Shown piece after piece: positions 1-17,284 of a DNA stretch of 64,000 bases. The translations under genes were made by a program, and so were the position numbers. The stretch spans positions 800,001 to 864,000 of the forward strand of contig CBDBCZ010000013.1 of NCBI GenBank assembly GCA_965203295.1, given 5' to 3'. This DNA comes from Nitrospirales bacterium. Lineage in GTDB: Bacteria > Nitrospirota > Nitrospiria > Nitrospirales > UBA8639. The first letter of the stretch is position 1, and the number at the start of each line of letters is the position of its first letter. The notes under the pieces are model-generated. The model saw only the letters and a list, made by a program, of their open reading frames with translations, did no database searches and was not told the DNA's origin.

Positions 1-140
<140 letters not shown>

Positions 141-142
141 AG

Positions 143-232
143 AATCTGATGGATCCCTCCAAAGGCTTTGTTAAGGATGATTCCATCGTGGTGGAGGCCC
201 ATATTAATGCTGAGACACCTTCATTCACGTGA
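143..232 (+). CDS. Terminal exon of a MATH/TRAF-domain protein (gene starts upstream of the window)
   Basis: After cacag acceptor reads NLMDPSKGFVKDDSIVVEAHINAETPSFT*, matching the typical last strand of MATH domains (L.DP..GF..DD.I..E..I). Confidence 0.7.
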   Translation, partial: NLMDPSKGFVKDDSIVVEAHINAETPSFT

Positions 233-584
233 GCTGCTTAGCAGTAAATTAGATACAGTGTAGGCCATCTGTGATCCATGCAGGCCCCAGTACAATGTAC
301 AATGTACATTTTAAAATACCATTAGATGGTGATAGCTATTGAGTACAGTATTCTCGGAATGAATTCCTCTTCCCTTTTTTCTTGTTATTGATTGCCTCAG
401 CCAAGTTTGGATTCACCAGAAATTACGTGCACAGACTGTCCATGCAGTTTGCTTTTGAATGTTAATCACTGTGGTTCTTCTACGACCCACATTACTTCCC
501 CTGTAGTTGCTGCACAGCCTTTTCACATCACAAAATTAAGAAGCATCTTTGACCCTGTTGTGCACTAACTTCTCTCGCACACTC

Positions 585-3456
<2,872 letters not shown>

Positions 3457-3629
3457 ACGATTGCAAAGGACTCCACTGGACACTGCATGTATGTGTATTG
3501 TACCAGATATTAAGCTGTCATTTTGTACCCAACCCACATGCACCAATTGTAACTTAATATCTACGGTGGAATTTAGAGGCTAATAATTGCTAAATGTGTA
3601 CATGTACTTAGTTGGTCTATTGGCAGGGC

Positions 3630-5170
<1,541 letters not shown>

Positions 5171-5184
5171 TGTGTAGCTACATA

Positions 5185-5308
5185 TAATAGGTAGTGAAAA
5201 GAATAATTAAGAATTATTCGAGAATGATAGGTAGTAATTTTGCCCCAAACAAGAATAATGGGTAAGTTTTGGGGTCACATGAATCGTGAGTCACATCCCT
5301 TTCCAGAG
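5185..5308 (-). mobile_element. Fragment of the MITE family seen at 10515-10962
   Basis: Reverse complement of about 10806-10925 (tctggaaagggatatgactcacgattcatgtgatcccaaaacc...cctattattctcgaataattcttaattcttttc). Confidence 0.8.
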
Positions 5309-6047
5309 TTCAAATCTGGGGGCTAGCATCGAAATCTCAATGCGACCAATCAGATTGCAGAATGGCGTTAACTAGAATTAGTACCTACGTGTGAAATAAT
5401 TTTACAAGACTCGCATTGCGGTGAAATGATGGCTTCGAAAGTGTTGGTGAAGCCCGGCGCCTAAAGCGAGAGTTTCCTGTGGATGTGGTGAAAGCGGCAG
5501 TGTTATTTGGCGCCCAGAGGTACAGTGGATTCAGCTTCCGTCGCTGTTTCGTGAGCACTATGGCAGTTTTGCAAATACCACAAATGGGCAAGCTTGGGGC
5601 GGCAGCCATCCGTCTCTATAGCGATCTTTAGTAGTAGCAGCATGGATAGTATAGTACACGTGTACGAGGTTAAAATATTAACGCTTCTCACCATTCAATT
5701 ATTTGCATTATACCACATTACATCATCCACAATAAAAATGATTGGCTAAAAAGTATGAGTTACATAGTTTCATAACCCACACTTTTATCAGTTCGCTACG
5801 TTGCTACGCAGCGAAGATTGTACGCATGCGCAACGTGGTATAAGTCAGATAGACCACACCCACTCGTGTGTTATGCGCTATGACCCACTTGTTTACATTT
5901 ATCCCTCGGCTTCGCCTCGGGATAACCGCAAACTCGTGAGTTACATAGGCGCATAACCCACTCTTTGGTGTAGTCTATCCTATACTTCTCGCATGTGCAA
6001 TTAACTGGCTTCAGTACATCCAGGATTGCGGCTTGCGTAGCCAGACG

Positions 6048-7027
6048 ATGTCGTGGGATTCGTATATCGATAACCTTATTGCGCAGACTAAGGACGCCAG
6101 TGGAACAACTCATGCGGACAAGGCTTGCATAATCGGCATAGATGGAGGGGCAGCATGGACGACGGCAGGTCACGCTAATGCATTGAAGGTGAGCTAAGTG
6201 CTGTGAGGGTACCGTATCCGCTCTAATTAAGGCGCCCTTAAAAATTAATTATGACCCTCGGGGGGCGCCTTTGTTGGAGCGGAAAAAATTCCTTCGGGGT
6301 CCGGGGGGCGCCTTATTTAGAGAGGCGACTTCTAATTAGAGCGAAATTTTGGCGTTCGTATTAAATATCAAGCAATTAATTTCTGTAGCTACATGTACGA
6401 AGTACAGTCGATTTCACATTGAATGGGCGGCCATCCCATATCACTAGTCAGTGGACTCATATTTGGCTCGTTCTTTGTGCTTGCCAAAATAGTACCCAAA
6501 CTCGTCCAATATCTAGGAATACTAGATGGCTAGCCATTCAATAAGCCATATTGCCACTGCACGAGGGCTGAACCATTCTTTAAAACGCTAGCACTTCTCC
6601 AAAGCGAATTCCAAGTTCTGTTCATCCCGAAAGATTCGTACTAACCCTTATTTGTAATGGAGCTTCAGTCTAGAATCACTGACTTACCAGTGGCCGTATA
6701 TCAAGTACTCTTGACTGGTTGTTCCTCTTATCTCCCATATTCCAGCTACAAGGCAGTGAGAGCGCAAACATAGCACGGTGTTTCAAGTCCAAGGACTTCA
6801 CAGCGTTCATGACATCAGGAGTGTATGTTGAAGGTCAAATGTATATGTTTTTAAGAGAAGAAGACGGGAAGATAGTGTATGCAAAACAGAAAGGAGCGGG
6901 CGCAGTTTCTTGCCAGGCATCAAAGACAGCCATCGTAATCGCACATTGTCCAGAAGGCTCACAACAAGGAAATACAAACAAGGGAGTCGGAGTTATTGCG
7001 GAATATCTCGAAAGTCTGGGTATGTAG
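6048..7027 (+). CDS. PFN: Profilin, 140 aa, 2 exons (6048-6188, 6746-7027)
   Basis: MSWDSYIDNLIAQ...ACIIGIDGGAAW...GVYVEGQMYMFLR...KTAIVIAH...VGVIAEYLESLGM*. Phase-0 GT-AG intron. Confidence 0.93.
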
Positions 7028-7365
7028 AACTCTTACAGTCTAGAGTAGCATGCAAGCGTAGTGCAGATTTTGACAAGTCCGGATGGGAGATATAGGACAT
7101 TTGTATCAATTTATTTGGTTGGCTTTGCTGCACTGAGTGTGTGTGTGTGGCAGTCATATTATGCAAAATTTAAATGATTTTCAGTGAAACTGAGGCAGGT
7201 GGTGGTGTGTACGGACGAAAACATCCCACATGTGGTTGACACTAGTCAACTGCATGTGGAATGTTTTTAGTAGAGTGGCATGTATATAGCTGGTAGTCTG
7301 GAGAACATTTGAACTGTGAATGGAAACAATTTTTCTGGACTTGCTGCTCCACATGATATGTAGAC

Positions 7366-7459
7366 TAGCCTCAAACCCAGGCCTTCCCGACACTTACGGA
7401 AATAAAGAGTATATGTTTTTCTTTCCTTTCCTTTTTGGAAGGCCTGGGTTTGGAGACTA
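7366..7459. mobile_element. Short TAG...CTA inverted-repeat MITE
   Basis: TAGCCTCAAACCCAGGCCTTCC ... GGAAGGCCTGGGTTTGGAGACTA; no TSD found. Confidence 0.6.
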
Positions 7460-7604
7460 GTTGTGATTTTTATAAGGAAATTGTATGTAATGAGCCACTT
7501 CATAGCACAGTACATGTACACAATGAGGTCACAGCATACAAGGAAGGAAAGTCACAGTATTAACAATTTAAAACAGTTGCTTTCTCTGGCTGTCTCTGTG
7601 GTGT

Positions 7605-10600
7605 CTAGAACAGCAGCCCTCTGGTCCGTCTCCCGATGCTGTGGCGACCGTATAGCACATTCACCTTAGACACAAACTGGAGGAGAAGATCATGTCTTAG
7701 ACACCACTCCTCCTTGGCCAAATCATCTAAATTATGCATCTCACCATTCCTAGTAAGATTGCTTCCCCTCCCCCACACCCTCCTTGGATCTCTCGTTCTC
7801 TCCTTTCGAGTTTTAGACGTAGGAACCTTCTTTATAAGCGCGCTAAATTAACTAATTCCGTGCAAGACTGGTCTCTTTACCGCTCTTTTAGAAACTCTAC
7901 TCTTGCTTTACTCCGCTCTCTCAAGTCTAAGTTTTTCCGTTCTCTCTCCTCCTCCCCCTCCCCCCGTCATTTCTGGTCTTCCGTTAAAAAGCTTCGTAAA
8001 AAAGTCACTTCTGTCCCTCCTCTCCTACATAATAATCACTTTATTCATTCTGATTCCTCAAAAGCTAGTCTTCTTAATAATTTATTTTCCTCTTGCTTTA
8101 ATTCTTCCACGCCGCCTCTCTCTTCTCTTCCTTCCCATCCCTCCCCACCTTCTACTCCTTGTCCCCCCGATCTTTTGTGTTCCAAAAATGAAATCCTTCA
8201 CCTTCTTCTTAATCTTTCTTCTAACTCCGCCACTGGTCCCGACGGCATCTCTGCTCGTATGCTTAAACTTTCTGCTTCCTCTATTGCTGCTCCTCTTACT
8301 AACATCTTTAATTTATCTATATCTTCCGGCATCTTTCCTTCCGACTGGAAGAATTCTAATGTAGTCCCTATTCCTAAAACTAAATCTCCTTCTTCATCCC
8401 CCTCTGACTATCGTCCCATATCTCTTCTTCCTATAATCAGTAAAGTCCTTGAACGCCATATATTTAATTATCTCCATAACTCCTGTTCTGATAATCAAAC
8501 TCTCTCTGACTCTCAATTTGGCTTTCGACCTGGCCGTTCTACCGAATCTGCTCTTCTCTCTGTTACTCATTCTTGGCTATCCTCTCTAGATTCTCATAAT
8601 TCTCTTTGTGCTGTCTTCTTCGACTTACGTAAAGCCTTCGATTCTGTACCTCATCAACCTCTTATGCACACTCTTTCCTCCATTGGTCTTTCTTCCCACC
8701 TCACTTCCTGGTTCTTTAGCTACCTCTGTAATCGCTCTCAACAAGTAGTTCTAAATGGCTCTTCCTCTCATAAATCCCATGCTTTTTCTGGTGTTCCTCA
8801 AGGATCTATTTTAGGCCCTCTTCTCTTCATTATTTATCTTAACAGTCTTTCCGACATTCCTCTCTCTCCTTCATCTAAACTTACCTTTTATGCTGATGAC
8901 ATTCTTTTTTCCCACCAGTGTAATTCTGCCTCCGATATTCCTCTCATTCAATCCGATATTAACTCTATCGCTTCTTGGATCTCTGCTCACTACCTTACCA
9001 TTAATACTTCTAAGACTAAATACATGTTTATTTCCTTTAAATCTGCTGCTTTCTTCTCTACCTTCCCCTCCTTGTACCTTAATGGATCTCTTCTTGACAG
9101 AGTCTCATCTTTTAAATACTTAGGCATTCTGATCTCTTCCAATCTGTCTTGGACTCCCCACCTCCTTTCCATCTCTCGTAAATCTAGGCAACTTATAGGT
9201 ATCTTATATCGTCTCTTCTATCGTCACTCTGACCCCTCATCTCTTTTCAAACTTTACTCCACTCTTATTCGCCCTCATCTTGAATATTGCTCTTCCGTCT
9301 GGGACCCCTCCTCTTCTGCTACCGTTTCTCAACTAGAAAAGATACAATTCTTTGCCCTAAAACTCTGCTCTAAAAACTGGTCTTCTGATTATTCTTCCCT
9401 CCTACATCTTTTTAACTGTCCTTCTCTCTCTTCACGTCGTGAGAAATCCAAACTTATTTCCCTTTTTAAAATTCTTAATGGTTATATGTTCTTCCTACCT
9501 AACTCTTTCCACCCTCTACTTCCCTCATCCATGCTTACCCGTTCCTTTCACCCTCGAAATTTATTTGTCCCTCGCTGTCGTACTTCCGCCTTCCTTTCCT
9601 CCTTTGTGCCCAATTCCTGCTCCCTCTGGAACTCTCTACCCTCTCATCTTAAAGACTGTGGCTCTCTAGCTTCTTTTAAGTACTATATATGTAATCTACA
9701 ATTATAATTCAACTGATGTATATATTTAATTGCTATCATTTATCTGTCATTTATCTGCCATGCTCTTTGTATTAGCTGTTTTAGCTATTGAGCATGTTTA
9801 TTGCCCATAAAAAAAAAATAAATAATAAAAAAAAATAAAAAAAAAAAAAAATCTACACAGGATTCTATATAGAACCCTATATAAACTCACATCACTAGTG
9901 GTGGAGAGGCCTTTAGTGATGGCTGCCAAGTATGACATCAACATTACATCATTGGTTTGCTGTATAGTGACATGTAAACATTGGTCAGATTGTGTACAGG
10001 ACAATTAGCCTGTAAGGACAGCTAGGGTATGGTTTGCTCACGCTGTGGAAATCCCTCCCAAAAGACTTGCTGTCCAACACCGGCACCTGGTCGCACAGAC
10101 TGGACACTTCTCTCAGAATCTCATGGTTCTTGGGAAGCTCTCCTGCATGTGAAGGAGCACAGATAAGTGAGGTCAATGTTTCGTGGTTAGAGCACAGTGT
10201 ACACAGAGCCGACCTTGCACGCCTTCCCTTACTGAACACAGAGCCTACCTTACTGATCACAGCCTACCTTCCTACACACAGAGCCTACCTTACACACCTT
10301 CCCTTACTGTGCAGTGCACATGCACAGCCTACCTTCCTGAATGCAGTATACCTTCCTGAACACATAGCCTACCTTACACACCTCTTACTGTGCAGTGCAC
10401 ACAGCCTACCTTCCTGGACACATAGCCTACGTTACACACCTCTTACTGTGCAGTGCACACAGCCTACCTTCCTGAACACATAGCCTACCTTACACACCTT
10501 CTCTTACTGTGCAGTAGGCCTTGATGGATTATTCTTTTCTTCTACCTATTATTCTATTGTTTTATTCTTGAAAGTCTTACCTATTATTCTTTTCATTTTA

Positions 10601-12550
10601 CCTATTATTCTTTTTATTGCACCTATTATTCTCATAAAAATGATACAAAAAGCGAATCAAAACTGGTCCGGAAGAAGCCATTTATAGTGACACACCATGA
10701 AAAAACTTATGAATGATCATTATACAGTAACAGGGAATTATGCCAGCAATTATTTGGTCGCAGGTAGCAAAATAATTATTTTCCACAGGACGAATTCAAT
10801 CATAATCTGGAAAGGGATATGACTCACGATTCATGTGATCCCAAAACCTACCCATTATTCTTTTTTGGGCCAAAATGACTACCTATTATTCTCGAATAAT
10901 TCTTAATTCTTTTCGCTACCTAATATTCTCAAAATTATGCCAGCATAATCCATCAGGGCCTACACTATGACCCAATCTAGCCCTGGGAGTGGTTATGAAG
11001 GGGGCGTAGTGTTGTGGAGAAAAAACTAACTGCTTTAGGGAAGCGTGGTTACGAAATACCTCACTCATTTAAAGACAATGAAATTGAGGTAGCTGTTTAA
11101 AATATTACTGTAAGGAAAACGAAATTGTTGATATTTTTTTTTTGTTTATTGACAAAGAAAGCCCCCCAAAGGGGATGGGCCGCGCCTAGAGGTACTGCAA
11201 TACTAGGGCAACCCGTGGGATGGGCGACGCAAGCGCCAATCCACATCCCGAGTCACAAAAATTGAAGTAATATCGTTCGGGCAATGCCCGAATTGGAGAT
11301 ATTACACTCCAAAGAACAGTTATTTCTACTTGATCTTAGCCAAGAGGCCGAGAAGCGATGCTGCTGTACTTTTGACTCTCTTTTTTATACTGCTGAGGTC
11401 CGCGAAACACTTGTGGGTTTTGCGGTGTGAGCGGAAGTTATTACGCCATCGCAACGTCGCGCGAACGGCGCAAATGTGAGTACTAATGAAGTTTTTGAGA
11501 CAGTGAATTTGATTTCGACTCGACGCTGCACGTACGTATTTACTATACACTTTGCTGCTCGCGAGAACTAACTGCAACCGCATGCGCATTCTAGACTAGC
11601 GCATTATATGTGCTGCCCCGCCTCCCTTAGGGGCCAAGAAATTTCATGTATGTGGTTTTGCTACAGTCATGTTCACTGCTTGGCTCGAGAAAGCCATTCT
11701 AGCTTCCAGCATGCTACATGTAGGTACTCCCCTCAGGACGAGGGTCCCAGGCTCTGCCCTCAGGACGAGGGACCTACCTTCCTGAATGCAGTATATACCT
11801 TCCTGAACACATAGCCTACCTTGCACACCTCTTACTGTGCAGTGCACATGCACAGCCTACCTTCCTGAAAGCAGTATACCTTCCTGAACACATAGCCTAC
11901 CTTGCACACCTCTTACTGTGCAGTGCACACAGCCTACCTTCCTGGACAGCCTTGAGGTAGTCTAGAATGATTCTCACTCTGGAGTGCAGCATCTTTATGG
12001 CGCCGTGCTGCGCACTCAACTGCTCTGCCACTGGAAGGCGGAAGGACGTGCAAAGCTACGTAGACTCCCAGTAGCATCATCATCACTATAATTATACCAC
12101 ATGGATGGCTTCATTGTACTCGTGAGGTCACATGGTAGCGTCTGTCCCAGACTCTCATCCAGCTTAGTGTTACTTGCAGCCTTTCTGTACATGTACAGCG
12201 AGCAATGAAAACCTGAATGAAAGCCTGCATGCATGGAGCCAAGGCTAGACACAGGGTACATGTACGTACATGTTTTTCATATGAGAAAACTAGCCTGTGT
12301 CCCAATCCCAGGCCCAATTCTGCCTGGGAATGAAACCACGACAAAGTACATGTATGCTCTCCTATTCTCTTGTGCTCACTGGTATTATGCACTAAACCTT
12401 GACCTCCATTACTATACGAAGAGAGAGAGTCGTACCAGCCGATGTCTGTGAGGAGCCAGTGATGGACGACCTGTCAATGTGGTCCACTCCAATCCTCTCA
12501 GCCTCCTCCGTGGCCAAGGTGTAGGGCGCCCACGTGAACAAGATCTTGGG
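7605..12550 (-). CDS. 3' part of an unidentified spliced gene (4 exons seen)
   Basis: Exons 12550-12436, 12085-11978, 10142-10042, 7676-7605 have GT-AG ends and compatible phases, giving [26 protein letters not shown]...[57 protein letters not shown]. Upstream exons not located. Confidence 0.55.
7700..9851 (+). mobile_element. 5'-truncated non-LTR retrotransposon (CR1/L2 group), antisense in the last intron of the minus-strand gene
   Basis: RT ORF without endonuclease domain, short 3' UTR, A-rich tail about 9807-9851. 5' boundary approximate; TSD not found. Confidence 0.9.
7734..9707 (+). CDS. LINE reverse transcriptase (N-terminally truncated ORF2, 657 aa open)
   Basis: Motifs [65 protein letters not shown]. 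Confidence 0.95.
   Translation: MHLTIPSKIASPPPHPPWISRSLLSSFRRRNLLYKRAKLTNSVQDWSLYRSFRNSTLALLRSLKSKFFRSLSSSPSPRHFWSSVKKLRKKVTSVPPLLHNNHFIHSDSSKASLLNNLFSSCFNSSTPPLSSLPSHPSPPSTPCPPDLLCSKNEILHLLLNLSSNSATGPDGISARMLKLSASSIAAPLTNIFNLSISSGIFPSDWKNSNVVPIPKTKSPSSSPSDYRPISLLPIISKVLERHIFNYLHNSCSDNQTLSDSQFGFRPGRSTESALLSVTHSWLSSLDSHNSLCAVFFDLRKAFDSVPHQPLMHTLSSIGLSSHLTSWFFSYLCNRSQQVVLNGSSSHKSHAFSGVPQGSILGPLLFIIYLNSLSDIPLSPSSKLTFYADDILFSHQCNSASDIPLIQSDINSIASWISAHYLTINTSKTKYMFISFKSAAFFSTFPSLYLNGSLLDRVSSFKYLGILISSNLSWTPHLLSISRKSRQLIGILYRLFYRHSDPSSLFKLYSTLIRPHLEYCSSVWDPSSSATVSQLEKIQFFALKLCSKNWSSDYSSLLHLFNCPSLSSRREKSKLISLFKILNGYMFFLPNSFHPLLPSSMLTRSFHPRNLFVPRCRTSAFLSSFVPNSCSLWNSLPSHLKDCGSLASFKYYICNLQL
10195..11950. 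repeat. Intronic minisatellite (cacagcctaccttcctgaa / cctcttactgtgcagtg units), split into two blocks by insertions
   Basis: Blocks at about 10195-10514 and 11772-11950 share the same units. Confidence 0.85.
10515..10962. mobile_element. MITE with TAGGCC termini and internal cctattattc subrepeats
   Basis: TAGGCCTTGATGGATTAT ... ATAATCCATCAGGGCCTA (17/18). Same subrepeat motif as the element at 41641-48605. No 8-bp TSD seen. Confidence 0.8.
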
Positions 12551-13800
12551 CTGGGGGGAGGGAGAGGGGAAGGAGGGAACAGGAGAGTAGGGGGGAGGGG
12601 GGGGGGAGCACTGTAAGCCCAGACTCCCCAATTCAAAGAGCAAGTCATATAAGTATGGTAAACCATGCATGTGTGTGCACGATATGCATGAGGTACGCTG
12701 TCCACCCATGGTCAAGTAGCTAGTACGTATATTATAATATATTGCCTAGTACCTGCATGCATACATGCACACAGCAATTAACGTTCCAGAAATGTGTTGA
12801 AAGGAAATCTGACTGTATTTCATGTACAGGGTATGATAAGGTACAATTTCCTTTGTATTGTATCCTATGCTATACTACCTTGTATCTGAAATGCCGGATT
12901 CCTGTCAATTTTTTTTGTTAATTACAGTAGCTAACACATTTCACTTTTTTTATTGCTGTGATGTATATTATCATGATTGTACTACATATGTAGTGGTGTG
13001 CATGTGAATTCAGATGAGTTGAATATTCAGAGTGGACAGGAGCATGCAGTGATTCTTGAATTGTGGTCTTTAGCTATTATACTTTTTGTGTGCATGATGT
13101 TGTCCACCCAAGGACAAGTAGTATACTACGTATATGCAGTGGTTATCCATGAGGAAATAACAACATTCTGGCCTGGACTGGAGTATTTATGTGAAATAAT
13201 GTCATACATGTAGTATATAGACTACACCATTGCAGCAGTCACATCGTCACATGTACTGCATAGATTACGTATGATTCTAGCCCTAGCCTTGCATATACCC
13301 AATTCTGAAAATAGACAATGTCATGTAATTGATATATTCTATATTACCTCATGTAATTATGCACGTTCTCTCAGCCCCACCGATACACTTGGAGGAGAGA
13401 GTGAGACCTGTATTGTAAGCGTCCTGTTTATGGGTGGGACTGACAGAGCCTGGTATCAAGGTTTCTCATGCAGTGTCAATTATATGCGACATTAAATTAT
13501 GATTAAAGAAACTGAACTAGATGGTTGTGTGGGAATCAGATCAGTAGTACACAGAATCAGGAGATGCTGTCTGGACTGGAGTCCACTATAGTCTCAGGCA
13601 GGGCTGGGTGTTCAATTCGCTCTACTCTGTCTCCACTCTGTCATGATCTATTGTCTACAGGAGAACATCCCCAGTCACAGAGCTTTCCAGTTCCCTGAGG
13701 GAATACCCAGGGAGGAAGAGAGTCAGGAATTGTGTAGGGAAGAAGAAAGTGACAGGGTATATGCAGAAAGGAGACTGGGATCGTCCAGGGCAGATGGGAG

Positions 13801-14048
13801 TCAGGGATCGTTTAGGGAAGAATGGAATGAGAGATAAGTAGGGATTCAGGGATCGTTTAGGGAAGAATGGAATGAGAGATAAGTAGGGATTCAGGGATCG
13901 TTTAGGGAAGAATGGAATGAGAGATAAGTAGGGATTCAGGGATCGTTTAGGGAAGAATGGAATGAGAGATAAGTAGGGATTCAGGGATCGTTTAGGGAAG
14001 AATGGAATGAGAGATAAGTAGGGATTCAGGGATTGTTTAGGGAAGAAG
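13801..14048. repeat. 45-bp tandem repeat, 5 near-perfect copies plus degenerate copies to about 14250
   Basis: Unit tcagggatcgtttagggaagaatggaatgagagataagtagggat. Confidence 0.95.
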
Positions 14049-14498
14049 GGAGTAAGGGATTGCATAGGGTAGAAGGAAGGGGGGGATTGCATAGGCAAAG
14101 GGGAGTGACAACTTATGGAGGGTACGCAGAATGGTGTCAGGGATTGCGTAGTGCAGAAGGGAATTGGGGATCATTTAGGGAAGAAGGGAGTGAGAGATAG
14201 ATTAGGCAAGAAGGGAGTGAGAGATAGTGTAGGCAAGAAGGGAATGAGGTATTGTGTATGAAAGGCTACAAGTGCAACTACCCTACCTCATGACATTTCA
14301 AGCAAGAATTTACACACTAGCTCTCAGCAGTATGTGAGAGCTCAGAAGTACATGAATGGCTATAGTTACTGTAGCTCCTCACTTTATAGAAAGGTGGAAT
14401 CTGCAGTTGGAGTTAATTGTAGAGCTAGTCACTGAGTTTCACATTGCAGGAGTGGAAGCGACCAGGGAAGCCAACCAACTGCACTCGGGCTTTACGCC

Positions 14499-15225
<727 letters not shown>

Positions 15226-16874
15226 TGTCCCTCCCCCTACTGCCTCCTGTCTGTCACACAAGATATGAATCAGTTCTTATCACAGATCATATATCCACTT
15301 TCTCAAGTAAGTTAGACCGACTACATGTACTTTGGCCTTTTTGTTTCATCTCATTGCCTCTCCTCTTGTGGGTAGAGCTACTGTAACTTGGCCCTTGCTG
15401 CTTGATAGGTTCCGAGATCTGGGTCATCAGCACTCACAATCCCCTTTCCCTCTCTCTCCAGAATGCCGCTGTGTGCAGAACACCTTTCAGTAACTGCCTC
15501 GAGACCATCAGTACGTAGTTTACCTGTTCAAGCATGTATTCATGGTGTGAGAAATATTTATTTTGCTTAGCTGTCCCACAACAATGATGATATAATATAA
15601 TGCAGTGGGTGTGAGGTGATTTCCTATAATATATGGAGAGTGTATGAGACTACACGTAAGTGTGAGACTCAGAATACATAAATTAAAATAATCTATAGCC
15701 AAGTCTGTGCTGAGTATTGGAGTACAATAAACCGTGCATGTGGTATGCATGAGGTTGTCCATGTAGAACATGTACCAGGTCCTACGCGACATTGTATATA
15801 CACACACAGCCAAAAGATGTATCTGAATTGCATGGAAGGAGATTTGACAGAAAATCTTGCATTTCAGGTACAAAATATAGTATAGGATAGGGCACGATTT
15901 CCTTTGAAGTCGTGAAATTGTGGACTAGATCCTACTCCACGGCCAGTTGCCACACCCTCCATCAACTTCTCTTACATGTTTAGATCCCTCGGATATTCCT
16001 CACCCAGGTGAGCTCACCATTCTCTCGTCAGCAGTCACGCAGGCATCATGCACAACATGGAGTGTATGCACATTGTGTTCAGTCCTGCAAATCTCTCTCA
16101 CATATAATTATATAATACTCTGTGGCCAGGTGCAATTTATTCCTTCCTTCATGCACATTTCCCTCACCTAGCTACTCAATCCACGCCTATAGTTGCAGCC
16201 TTTACCCATGCACTTTACTGTCATGCTCGCAACTTCATCTTCCGACTGTTACGTGCTTGCACATTAATTTTGAACCCTGACTTTTCTTCTATTATCATGA
16301 TTTGTACATGTAATAAGATGTTTTGTTCCTCTGAGGCTTCATACTTCCAGCCTCACTACTAACAGCTATATACGTCCATTAACTGTTATGGAGATTAGAA
16401 ACGTTAAAAAGATACTAATAATTTATAAGTTATCCAAACATTATAATTTTATTAATATTACACCAAGTACTTTGTCCAGCTTAATCCATTCTTCGGGGAG
16501 GGGACAAGAGGATAATACTTTATATTGCACGAAAATTATAATTGACGAGTGTGCAGAAAGAGTTCTTCCAGCAAAGCGAACTCATTGCAGTCTCGGTCCG
16601 CAAAGAGGGAAAGTGGTCTGGGGACTTACCACTCAGGAATTAAATTAACTATACAACAGTCACATGAGGTTATATAGCTCTCGTATAATTACCAGTCGCA
16701 AGCTTAAGTGGTGCAATAGGATGGCATCGGATGTTTTCAGGATTGGCTGTGGCTGCAAGACCTCAAAGGGAGACAGAAGAATATTATGGTATGCAGTGAT
16801 GTATCTGAGAACGTTTCGCATACTTTATTCATCATGTGACTGAATACAGCACTGTGATTGCACCACTTCCCTCT

Positions 16875-17170
16875 AAAGCGGAAGTGGGCTGGCCGCGAGA
16901 CTAACGCGAGGCTTACTACAAGTACTCCCACAGCGAGGCAATATTTGTCTAATACCGGTACCACGCCTTGAAAGATGAGATGAAACCGGATACCTGATAC
17001 GTTCTATACCGGAAGTGACTCGGCGGATACCTATGTACATCACATTCCACAGGCGTACATTCCACAGCCCAAATGTCGTTATATTACATTACCGAATCAG
17101 TACCGTTATTTTTTTTTGCCCACTGTCGCGCTGTCTTGGCCATCCACCCTCTCCAGCGAAAGGTAGGTAA
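16875..17170 (+). promoter_or_regulatory. Candidate promoter and non-coding first exon of the Death/F-box/WD40 gene
   Basis: CpG-richer patch with ETS-like GCGGAAGTG (about 16878) and CCGGAAGTG (about 17009), then donor aag|gtaggt at 17163. The first coding exon is preceded by an acceptor (ttcacag, 19533). Confidence 0.35.
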
Positions 17171-17284
17171 ATTAGCAGTCTAAAACGGTTGCCAACTAGC
17201 TGGAATTAAAGACGGAAAACATCCATTCCCGACTTAAGTAATGTAGCTATGGATGTGGCGCCATGTTTAATTAATAGTGTAGAC

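Noticed and set aside
5385..5609. Short minus ORF with CGIC motif
   Set aside because: Too short, no complete domain; possibly a decayed transposon fragment.
13655..14098. 147-aa minus ORF with LNPYLSLIPFFPKRS repeats; the array also superficially resembles CRISPR
   Set aside because: Product of a 45-bp head-to-tail repeat with no unique spacers and no cas genes, in a eukaryotic context.
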